This document shows, in pieces, positions 22,630-30,372 of a DNA stretch of 38,347 nucleotides. Position numbers and translations under genes: made by a program. The notes beneath the pieces were generated by a model. It was not told the DNA's origin. It did not search any database and worked only from the letters and a program-made list of their open reading frames with translations. Origin of the DNA: a virus; IMG/VR virus record IMGVR_UViG_3300025646_000006; one strand, 5' to 3'. Each line of letters opens with the position of its first letter. Position 1 is the stretch's first letter.

Positions 22630-24712
22630 CACGAGCGAGGAGAAGTCTCTTACATTTGCCGCGAAGGAACCGAACGTAATGGTTCTTCAGAAAGCATACG
22701 ACGACACGCTGGCGGACCTAGAGCCTTATTTCCAGCAATGCCGCCAGAATTACGATGACCGTAATAACATCTGGCCGGGGAAAACCCGTGACCTTCGCAA
22801 GCACGGCTCTGACGCTTTCCCGTGGGATGGCGCGTCTGACTCCGAGGCTCATGTTATTGACGAGCGCATTAACAGCTACGTCTCCTTGCTCATGTCCTCC
22901 ATGATGCGTGCGAACATTCGTGCGTATCCCGTGGAGTTCGGTGACATGGCGCGTGCTCGCGTTGTCTCCTCGTTCCTGAAGTGGATGGTCAGCAGCTACA
23001 TTCCTCGCTTTAAGAAAGAGATGGAGTCTGCTGCAAATCACTTGCTTGAGCGCGGTATCGCCGTGACTTACGTTGGCTGGCAGCGAGAAGACCGCACTTA
23101 CCTCCAGCGTCTTGACCTTCAGCAGCTTGCTCAGGTTGACCCGCAGCTTGCTCAGGCCGTAATTGACGGCTCGGCTGACGACCAGATTATTGCTATGCTT
23201 CGTTCGGTGTATCCCTCGGTTACGGATGCCCGTGCTAAGAAAGCCCTGAAGGACTTGCGCAAAAAGGGCATTGCTGAGATTCCTGTTAGCCGCCGCCAAG
23301 TGGACTGCCCCTTGGTTCAGTCCCTTACGCCTGATGGCGACTTCTTCTTCCCGTCTTACGCCACCGACCCGCAGCGTGCGCCTTATTGCTTCTGGCGGAC
23401 TTACTTCACAGCCCAAGAGCTAAAGAACAAAGTCGCCACCGAAGGATGGGATGCCGACTGGGTGGATTACGTTATTGAGCATTACCGGGGCGTGAACATT
23501 GACACGATTGGTCAGGAGAACAACACCCGGAAGTCTGTCCTTTGGGACGACATGGTTTACGAGGCGGACGAGCTGATTGAGATTGTTTACGGCTATCAGC
23601 GTCTCGTGGACCCGATTGACAATTCCGAGGGCATTTACTGCACGGTTTTTCATCGGGAGCTTTCATCGAAGATTAGTGAGATTAAGCCTTACGCCAAGTT
23701 CGAGCTTATGAACGGTTACGAGGATTATCCCGTAATTGTAACTCGTCTTAGCGAAGCCTCTAAGCGTCTGTATGATGTTCAGAGCATGGCCGACGTTCTG
23801 CGCGGTATTCAGTGGCAGGTGAAGATTGAGCGCGATAGCCGCATTGACCGTAACTCAATGGCTACGATGCCGCCGATTATGCACCCGGTTGGTAACGCTC
23901 CGAGTGATTGGGGGCCGGGACGGTTTGTTCCGTATCGCCGTGGTGGCGAGTTCCAGTTCGGTCCTACGCCGCAGTATAACCCCGGCTCCGTGGAAATGGA
24001 GCGCACGCTTCTTGACGTTGCTGACCGTCTCGTTGGCCTTAGCGCGAATGACCCGGCTTCCGCTACGAAGCGTCAGTTTATCCTAGATAAGTTCTTGTTG
24101 CACGTTCAGGACGTTATCAAGATGGCGTTCAAGTGCTACCAGCGGTTCGGCCCTGACCAAGTGTTCTTCCGTGTTACCGGCGTCGTTGACCCGATGCGCT
24201 TCGACAAGGGGAACCCTGACGAGAATTACGACATTGTTATCGGTTATGATGTCCTTAACTCCGACCCCGAAACGCAGGAGACAAAGTTGAACCAGCTTGT
24301 CAGCCTCATTCAACTGGACCGTAATGGACGTATTAACCCCGACGCTCTCATTGACATTGCGGCTAACGCTATCGACCCGATTGCTGCTGACGCGGTGCTG
24401 CAACCGATTGAGCAAGCGCAACAGCAAATCGTCCGGTTTGTTACGGATGACCTTACTAAGATTTTTGCTGGCATCGAAATGCCTGCTCGACCGAATGGCG
24501 CACAGATTGCGCTTCAAGTTATTCAGCAGTATGCTTCACAACCAGACGTTGCACAGCGTTTGCAGCAAGACGAAGCATTTGCGGCACGACTCCAGAAGTA
24601 TGCAGCGCAATACACCTTCCAAATGCAGCAAGCGCAGAACGCTCAGATTGGTCGTATTGGGACTCAGCCTGCTGCTATGGGTGACGTTAATACTCAAAGC
24701 ATGGGGGCTTGA
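22622..24712 (+). CDS. Portal protein
   Basis: 696 aa, lying between the terminase and the scaffold/capsid genes. Gln/Ala-rich C-terminus. Called from size and synteny. Confidence 0.7.
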   Translation: MSNTSEEKSLTFAAKEPNVMVLQKAYDDTLADLEPYFQQCRQNYDDRNNIWPGKTRDLRKHGSDAFPWDGASDSEAHVIDERINSYVSLLMSSMMRANIRAYPVEFGDMARARVVSSFLKWMVSSYIPRFKKEMESAANHLLERGIAVTYVGWQREDRTYLQRLDLQQLAQVDPQLAQAVIDGSADDQIIAMLRSVYPSVTDARAKKALKDLRKKGIAEIPVSRRQVDCPLVQSLTPDGDFFFPSYATDPQRAPYCFWRTYFTAQELKNKVATEGWDADWVDYVIEHYRGVNIDTIGQENNTRKSVLWDDMVYEADELIEIVYGYQRLVDPIDNSEGIYCTVFHRELSSKISEIKPYAKFELMNGYEDYPVIVTRLSEASKRLYDVQSMADVLRGIQWQVKIERDSRIDRNSMATMPPIMHPVGNAPSDWGPGRFVPYRRGGEFQFGPTPQYNPGSVEMERTLLDVADRLVGLSANDPASATKRQFILDKFLLHVQDVIKMAFKCYQRFGPDQVFFRVTGVVDPMRFDKGNPDENYDIVIGYDVLNSDPETQETKLNQLVSLIQLDRNGRINPDALIDIAANAIDPIAADAVLQPIEQAQQQIVRFVTDDLTKIFAGIEMPARPNGAQIALQVIQQYASQPDVAQRLQQDEAFAARLQKYAAQYTFQMQQAQNAQIGRIGTQPAAMGDVNTQSMGA

Positions 24713-24713
24713 T

Positions 24714-25250
24714 ATGGCCGAAATTGGCAACTACGACGAAATGGTTGCTCGCTCAAGTGCGGAGCAAAGAAAGTTCTCTGAAGACCTTTACAATCAGATT
24801 GCCGAACACGAAGGCGTTAAGCAGTATGTTTACCTCGACACCGAGGATAAGCCTACTATTGGTGTCGGCTTTAATTTGACGCAGCCGCATAACCAGCGCA
24901 TCATTAGGCAAATGGGGTATAACCCGCAAGACCTGATTAGCGGCAAGGTTCGCCTGACGGAATCAGAAATTAAGCGTCTTTACAATGAGTCTGTTACTCA
25001 GGCGTTTAACGACGCTCGTAAGTGGTTGCCTAACTTTGACCAGCAGCCAGCAGACGTAAGGAAGGCTTTGATTGACATGTCTTTCAATCTCGGCTTTACC
25101 AAGCTAAACGAGTTCGAGAAGACCCAAGCTGCATTGATGCAAAAGGATTACAAGACCGCCGCGGCTGAGATGCTTGACAGCAAGTGGGCGAAGCAAGTAA
25201 AAGGACGAGCACAGACCCTTGCTTCAATGGTTCGCAAACACTCTAAGTAA
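24714..25250 (+). CDS. T4-type lysozyme (glycoside hydrolase family 24)
   Basis: EHEGVKQYVYLDTEDKPTIGVGFNL gives the catalytic Glu ... Asp ... Thr spacing of T4 lysozyme. The ATG at 24714 lies 2 nt after the portal stop. The track ORF start at 24297 is an out-of-frame run-in over the portal gene. Confidence 0.8.
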   Translation: MAEIGNYDEMVARSSAEQRKFSEDLYNQIAEHEGVKQYVYLDTEDKPTIGVGFNLTQPHNQRIIRQMGYNPQDLISGKVRLTESEIKRLYNESVTQAFNDARKWLPNFDQQPADVRKALIDMSFNLGFTKLNEFEKTQAALMQKDYKTAAAEMLDSKWAKQVKGRAQTLASMVRKHSK

Positions 25251-25471
25251 TGTCACTCGAAAAATCCCTCGACCACCTCTCTCACATCACGCAGTTCGCT
25301 GACTTCCTTGAGTCAATCAAGGATGAGCGTGAGTCCTGTATCGCGGCTCTCTTTAACGCAGAGCCTCATAAGATGCAGCAAATTTCGGGACAGATTCTCG
25401 CTTACGACCAAATCCTAAAGATGACTAACGCAGAGGAGATTCTCTTTAGGCATAAGGGCCGCTCGCTTTAA
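25250..25471 (+). CDS. Hypothetical protein (73 aa)
   Basis: TAATG overlap with the lysozyme stop. Confidence 0.45.
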   Translation: MSLEKSLDHLSHITQFADFLESIKDERESCIAALFNAEPHKMQQISGQILAYDQILKMTNAEEILFRHKGRSL

Positions 25472-25501
25472 GCGGCGGCTAAGAAAGAGAATAAGTAAAC
25501 T

Positions 25502-25534
25502 GAAAATAAAAGAAACCCCTTAAAAGAAAGGGGG
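25502..25534 (-). terminator. Rho-independent terminator for the minus-strand insert gene
   Basis: Minus strand reads CCCCUU-ucuuuu-AAGGGG followed by UUUCUUUUAUUUUC. Confidence 0.6.
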
Positions 25535-25566
25535 AGTGTGAGGGGGATTTTAAAATCTTGTCAAGC

Positions 25567-25788
25567 CTAAAGTTGGTTCGCTTGTAACATAGCGATTACA
25601 TGGGCCGGGGGGTTAGCGCGGGAGTAACGAAAGATTTCGTGCTCCTCAATTACTAGCTCTCCAAAGGGGTGCATTTTGGCGTGTGCCGCGTTGCCCCTGA
25701 CCTTAACTCGGCGCATTGTTTGCGCAGCCTTCCAGTGCTCTGGAGCTATCCAGTCATAGGAGGTGGGCTTACGGGGTTTGGGATTCAT
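25567..25788 (-). CDS. Hypothetical protein (73 aa) encoded antisense to the late operon (moron-like)
   Basis: ATG ORF and the only minus-strand gene inside the plus arm. It has its own terminator and an upstream AT-rich divergent promoter region. Confidence 0.5.
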   Translation of the reverse strand: MNPKPRKPTSYDWIAPEHWKAAQTMRRVKVRGNAAHAKMHPFGELVIEEHEIFRYSRANPPAHVIAMLQANQL

Positions 25789-25822
25789 TGAACTTCAAGA
25801 CTTTGCACATAATAGCAAATAA

Positions 25823-25852
25823 ATGTCAAGCAGCAAAAAAGCGTGTTACAAT
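25823..25852 (+). promoter_or_regulatory. Candidate promoter ATGTCA-N18-(TGt)TACAAT upstream of the scaffold/capsid genes
   Basis: Extended -10 TGTTACAAT at 25844-25852, about 48 nt upstream of the scaffold ATG. Confidence 0.4.
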
Positions 25853-25899
25853 GACGTTATCGCAAATCGCTCAGGCGTTCAAAGAGAGCGTTGATAACT

Positions 25900-27039
25900 A
25901 TGTCTAATGAAGTTCTAACACCTAACGCTGCGGGTGAAAAAAGTGCAGTGGAAAGCTCAGACAACCTTGCGTTCGGGATGTATGCACTCCGACGCCGGGG
26001 TGGTAAGACGGAAGTTCAGGGGGAGCCTAAAATCTCCACCGAAGTAATTAACGTCAAGCCAGCAGAACCGCAACCAAAGGCGGAGCAGGAGGATAAGCAG
26101 GCCGGGGAAGCCCAGCCTGAGTCTCGGAACGACACCCAAGCGGAGGCCGTTACCGAGAACGAACCTGTAAGCCAAGAGGAAGCAGATGTTCTTTCTAAGA
26201 AGGAAATCGACCTAGAGTCCATGTCAGAGGCAGAACTGCGGGAGCTTGCCGACAAGCTCGGTAGCCGCGCAGTAGCCCGATTCGGTGAGCTTACCGCAAA
26301 ACGTAAGCAAGCCGAGGAACAGCTTAATGCCCTGAAACAAGAACTAGCGAATCGGGAATCGCAAAAGAATCCCTTGGAGACTAAGCGGATTGAAAACAAT
26401 CCGTTTGCCGACATCGACAGCGTTGAGAAATTGCAGGGCAAGGCCCGCGAAATCGACGAGGCTATCGAATGGGCCGAAGACGTTCTCTGGACTAACGAGC
26501 ATCTGGCAGCAGATGACATCGTTGCGACAGTGGACGGCAAAGAGATTACCAAGGCTCAGGTGCGTAAAGTTATGCGCGATGCTCAGAAGGCACGCAAAGA
26601 CTTTCTCCCGGCGCAGCTCTCTGAACTCCAAGCCCGTCAGCAACGTGCCGCCGCCAAGCAACAGCTTAGTGAGGCAATTCGGACGGAACTGGATTGGATG
26701 CAAGGCGAAGATAACGATACCCGCAGGCAGTTCGAGATTCTGCGCGAAAGCCCGCTTTTGAAGCAGGCTATCAAAGCAGTCCCGGACCTTGAGCCTTACA
26801 TGGAATACATGGTGGCTCACGCGGCTAATTCGATTTATGGGCGCAAGCCTGTGAACGAAACCCGGCCTAGTGCGCGGATTAACCCTCCTTCGATTCAGGT
26901 TAGTTCTTCTGCTCAAAGCGAGCAGCCAGAACCCCGAGCGGCTAAGGCCGTGAAAGACATTCAGCAACGGTTCTCTACGTCAGGTGCTACGCAGGACTTC
27001 ATCGCTCTCCGCGCCCTTCAACACTCTAAACGTAAATAA
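25900..27039 (+). CDS. Scaffolding protein
   Basis: 379 aa from the ATG at 25900 (the track start at 25891 is TTG). Highly charged Glu/Lys/Gln/Ala-rich helical sequence immediately upstream of the capsid gene. Confidence 0.55.
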   Translation: MSNEVLTPNAAGEKSAVESSDNLAFGMYALRRRGGKTEVQGEPKISTEVINVKPAEPQPKAEQEDKQAGEAQPESRNDTQAEAVTENEPVSQEEADVLSKKEIDLESMSEAELRELADKLGSRAVARFGELTAKRKQAEEQLNALKQELANRESQKNPLETKRIENNPFADIDSVEKLQGKAREIDEAIEWAEDVLWTNEHLAADDIVATVDGKEITKAQVRKVMRDAQKARKDFLPAQLSELQARQQRAAAKQQLSEAIRTELDWMQGEDNDTRRQFEILRESPLLKQAIKAVPDLEPYMEYMVAHAANSIYGRKPVNETRPSARINPPSIQVSSSAQSEQPEPRAAKAVKDIQQRFSTSGATQDFIALRALQHSKRK

Positions 27040-27058
27040 CTCTTAACTACCGCCTAAC

Positions 27059-28042
27059 ATGGCTTTTTCTAACACTTACGACACAACCAATCCGGGTTCG
27101 GCTGTCTCCAATCGTGAAGACCTGACCGACATCCTGACCATCCTCGCCCCCGAGGAAACTCCCGTGCTTTCGTCCGCTCCTAAGAGCAAGGCGACAGGGA
27201 CATTCGTTGAATGGACCGTTGACTCCCTCGCTTCCCCGGTGACATCCGGCGTGGCCGAAGGTGCCGACGTTACATCGTTCACCGACAAATTCAGTGGCCG
27301 CGCTCGTATCGGCAACTACGTCCAGAAGTTCCGCCGCGACTTCATGGTGTCTGACCTCCAGAACGCCGTTGAGTCCGTTGGTCCCGCGAAGATTGCTCAG
27401 GCTGAAGCCAAGGCCGTCCGCGAAATCAAGCGCGACGTTGAGGCTACCCTGTGCTCCGCGAATGACCGCTCGTCTGAAGATGGTGCTGGCACCGTTTATG
27501 GCCTCCGTGGTCTGGGCGACTGGATTGACTCGGCTGGTCCGGCTGACGTTCCGTCCGCTTACCGCACGCCTGCTGGTTCGATTCACTCGTCCGGTGCGCT
27601 GACTGAGAGCGGTTTCAATGACCTGATTACGTCGATTTATCGCGTCACAGGCACAACGAACAACCTGACGCTCGTGGCCGACACAGCCCTGCGTCGCGTT
27701 ATCGCTGACTATGCTCGCACATCGGGCAGCACAAACACGGTTTACCGCCAGATTACTCAGGCGGCTGATTCCAAGACCATCAAGCTCTCGGTCGAGATGT
27801 ATGAGTCCGACCACGGCATGGTGAGCATTGTGAACATGAACCCGGACTGCGCTCCTGACACCACAAACAAGGACACTGGCTACCTCGTCAACCCGGATTA
27901 CTACGGCGTTGCGGAGCTGATTGGCCTTGGCTCGACCCGTCTGCCGAACCTCGGCGGTGGTGAGCGTGGTTATGTGGACACAACCCTCACGCTGTTGGTC
28001 AACCATCCCGGTGCCCACGGCAAAATCACAGCCCTCAGCTAA
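27059..28042 (+). CDS. Major capsid protein
   Basis: 327 aa. The N-terminal SNREDLTDILTILAPEETPVLSS...ATGTFVEWTVDSLA pattern matches what I recall for a major capsid family (DUF5309-like, from memory). It follows the scaffold and is followed by a strong terminator. Confidence 0.8.
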   Translation: MAFSNTYDTTNPGSAVSNREDLTDILTILAPEETPVLSSAPKSKATGTFVEWTVDSLASPVTSGVAEGADVTSFTDKFSGRARIGNYVQKFRRDFMVSDLQNAVESVGPAKIAQAEAKAVREIKRDVEATLCSANDRSSEDGAGTVYGLRGLGDWIDSAGPADVPSAYRTPAGSIHSSGALTESGFNDLITSIYRVTGTTNNLTLVADTALRRVIADYARTSGSTNTVYRQITQAADSKTIKLSVEMYESDHGMVSIVNMNPDCAPDTTNKDTGYLVNPDYYGVAELIGLGSTRLPNLGGGERGYVDTTLTLLVNHPGAHGKITALS

Positions 28043-28051
28043 TAACTAACA

Positions 28052-28504
28052 ATGGCCCAGCTCACAATTAACGAATCCGCAGGCACGCTTTTCAACTACG
28101 TTGCGAAGCTGTCGTATCTTGACCTTCAGGCTATCGGCAACGGTAATCAGGATGTCTTGTTTACGCTCCCCGCCGGTTCGGGTGTGCTGTCCTGCGTTGT
28201 TCACGAGAAGACAGCCATCGCTGGCTCGACCTCGCTCGTGATTGACGTTGGCACAACACAAGCCGACCCTGACGAGTTCATTGACGCTCTGGACGTGGAC
28301 GCTATGTCTGGCCCCGTGGCTAACACTGGCGACCTTTTCGTTCAGTCCGCTGGCACGACCACCATCGCTGGTGGCGCGTTGCCCGTGAAGCTGGTTGCTT
28401 CCGCCACCCCGGTTTATATCGAGGTGAACGATGCCGCCATTGCGTCGATTACTGCTGGTGAGATTGTTATCGCGCTTCAAGTGGTGAACTTCTCTCAGTT
28501 CTAA
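28052..28504 (+). CDS. Hypothetical capsid-associated protein (150 aa)
   Basis: Co-transcribed with the capsid gene ahead of the strong terminator. Beta-rich Ala/Val/Gly composition. Confidence 0.4.
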   Translation: MAQLTINESAGTLFNYVAKLSYLDLQAIGNGNQDVLFTLPAGSGVLSCVVHEKTAIAGSTSLVIDVGTTQADPDEFIDALDVDAMSGPVANTGDLFVQSAGTTTIAGGALPVKLVASATPVYIEVNDAAIASITAGEIVIALQVVNFSQF

Positions 28505-28519
28505 CCCACTAGACTAGCG

Positions 28520-28528
28520 TGTTATAAT
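28520..28528 (+). promoter_or_regulatory. Extended -10 element TGtTATAAT abutting the terminator stem
   Basis: Read directly. This is the third instance of the TGyTAyAAT pattern in the genome. Confidence 0.3.
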
Positions 28529-28558
28529 GGGGCTATCCTTCGGGGTAGCCCCTTTTTT
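28529..28558 (+). terminator. Strong rho-independent terminator after the capsid operon
   Basis: GGGGCUAUCC-UUCG-GGGUAGCCCC is a 10-bp stem with a UUCG tetraloop, followed by UUUUUU. Confidence 0.85.
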
Positions 28559-28867
28559 ATGCAGCTAATTACAACCTTCCCGAAATACCATGATGGAGAA
28601 ATCCACGCCGCGCTAATGCGCGAGCTAAAGACGGGGCTGCAACTAAAGAAAGAGATGGAGCGTGCTAAAGAAATCGAAGCCGCTCAACAAGCTAAAGAGC
28701 TGGTTAATCAACGAGAAGTCCCCGGTTTGGGACGGTGCATCGGGGTAATCCCCGAGTGGGAATTTTACCGTATGCAGCAAAAATACGGAGCCAAAGAGGT
28801 TCACTCTAAGGAGTTTATGAAATACTTCCAGAAGAAGTTCCCTCACCTTTCCCCTAACAAACTGTGA
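28559..28867 (+). CDS. Hypothetical protein (102 aa)
   Basis: The ATG sits at the end of the terminator U tract. Charged helical protein. Confidence 0.45.
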   Translation: MQLITTFPKYHDGEIHAALMRELKTGLQLKKEMERAKEIEAAQQAKELVNQREVPGLGRCIGVIPEWEFYRMQQKYGAKEVHSKEFMKYFQKKFPHLSPNKL

Positions 28868-29721
28868 CTAACCGAACATACAGCGACCTTTATTCACTAA
28901 TTAGCTCGCTTTCGGGCGTGAGTGACTTCACGACCCAAGAGCAAACGAGCATCCTGAACTTTGTTAATCGCCGCATTTATCAGGCGTATCGGCAAAGTCA
29001 GACTTGGCCGCGATACATCGTAGGTGCTCAGGCGCGGCCTATGGTAGATGGGGTTATCCCCGTTACCTTTACGCCGACTACTTACAATGTCGCCTCGGCG
29101 TCCCGTAGCGGGACAACCGTGACGTTCGTTTGCACGGCTGGCGTGAACTTTGTGGCCGGTATGTATGTCACGGTAGCCGCCCTTAGCGGAACCGTGAACG
29201 CTAACGGTAACTTCCAAGTTGTCAGCGTGGACACGACCACGACGACTAACGACACCTTTACTTACGAGCTGACCTCTGGGACGGGCACCGAGACTTACAC
29301 CGGCTCGGCTACCGTCATCGCTGACGCGGTTCCCGAGATTGACAGCTTTAACCGCATCTGGAGCAGCAACCCCCTGAACATTAACTCGGCTATCGAATAC
29401 GAGTTCTGGGTGGATTCTGACGGTGCTCATGTGGTGAACAATTACAGCAACCTAAGCGGGTTCTGGGTTAGCTTCATCAAGGAGTGGGGCGGCCCTTATA
29501 CGTCCGCCGCTACTGACATTCCCGGCGAGTTCTTTGAATACGCCGCTCATGCTGCTTACGCCGACTTCCTTCGGATGGATGGTCAGATTGACAAATCCAT
29601 TGCCGAGGAAAACGTGGCGCAGCAATACCTTTTGGTAGAATTAGACAAAGCGGAATCGCAACGCAATAACAATACGCTTTACCGCCGAATCTCAACATAC
29701 GTCTCCCGCCAGTCTCGTTAA
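28864..29721 (+). CDS. Hypothetical structural protein (285 aa; possible head-tail adaptor)
   Basis: The GTG start overlaps the upstream TGA (GTGA). Position is between the capsid and tail genes. Confidence 0.4.
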   Translation: MTNRTYSDLYSLISSLSGVSDFTTQEQTSILNFVNRRIYQAYRQSQTWPRYIVGAQARPMVDGVIPVTFTPTTYNVASASRSGTTVTFVCTAGVNFVAGMYVTVAALSGTVNANGNFQVVSVDTTTTTNDTFTYELTSGTGTETYTGSATVIADAVPEIDSFNRIWSSNPLNINSAIEYEFWVDSDGAHVVNNYSNLSGFWVSFIKEWGGPYTSAATDIPGEFFEYAAHAAYADFLRMDGQIDKSIAEENVAQQYLLVELDKAESQRNNNTLYRRISTYVSRQSR

Positions 29722-29725
29722 TCTT

Positions 29726-30040
29726 ATGCCTAACACATTCACAGTTAATCTTTACCCGGTTCCGACAGACGGCGGCACAGACGAACGCCTGACGGTTTCT
29801 ACGTCCGTTGTGCAGTTTGCTACAACGTGGTATGACGAGGACACTAAGTTCGTTTTCGTTGATGTCCAAGGTGCCGACATCATGGTTACGTTTGACGGCT
29901 CTGACCCCTCGGCTTCTAACGGCCACAAGTTTGCATCTGGCTTCCGTGGCTTCTGGTCTGCTCGTCAGGCTGATGCGGCTAAGATGATTCGCGCTGGCGG
30001 CACCGACGCTGCGGTGCAGGCTTCACCCTTTACAGTTTAA
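29726..30040 (+). CDS. Hypothetical structural protein (104 aa), paralogue 1
   Basis: Shares MPN..., the (I/R)VTFDG..DP(S/T)AS and AK.IR.G..DA.V blocks, and a near-identical start context (TTAATCTyATGCCTAAC) with the next gene. Confidence 0.5.
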   Translation: MPNTFTVNLYPVPTDGGTDERLTVSTSVVQFATTWYDEDTKFVFVDVQGADIMVTFDGSDPSASNGHKFASGFRGFWSARQADAAKMIRAGGTDAAVQASPFTV

Positions 30041-30044
30041 TCTC

Positions 30045-30371
30045 ATGCCTAACGCACGCATTGTTAACACGCCGTCGCAGGCGATTTCGCAGAACAACAC
30101 GACTCATAAGCAGAACACGATTAGCTCGTCTGCCGAGGCTATCGTGAACTGGAGCTTGAACGCTGGCACTACGCACGTTCTGGTGCAAGTTACTGGCGAG
30201 CCTATTCGTGTGACTTTCGATGGCGCGACTGACCCGACCGCTTCGCTTGGCTTCCGTATGCCTGCTAATAGCTCGGCTTACTGGACACGGGAGATGGCTT
30301 CTAAGGCCAAGGCTATCCGCGAAGGTTCCAGCGATGCCGTGGTTGAAATGCAAGAACTGAACTACCTCTAA
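30045..30371 (+). CDS. Hypothetical structural protein (108 aa), paralogue 2
   Basis: See paralogue 1. Confidence 0.5.
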   Translation: MPNARIVNTPSQAISQNNTTHKQNTISSSAEAIVNWSLNAGTTHVLVQVTGEPIRVTFDGATDPTASLGFRMPANSSAYWTREMASKAKAIREGSSDAVVEMQELNYL

Positions 30372-30372
30372 G

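Noticed and set aside
24297-24713. N-terminal extension of the lysozyme ORF (317-aa version in the track)
   Set aside because: The extension lies entirely inside the portal gene in another frame and translates to Leu/Arg/Ser-rich sequence. The ATG at 24714, 2 nt after the portal stop, gives a normal-length T4-type lysozyme.
27047-28018. 323-aa minus-strand ORF covering essentially the entire major capsid gene
   Set aside because: It is antisense to a gene with a clear capsid-family signature and lies in the middle of a plus-strand operon. Its translation is Arg/Val/Gly-rich with no motif. Similar long shadow ORFs occur opposite the portal (22718..23416), scaffold (26344..26967) and other highly biased genes, so codon bias explains it.
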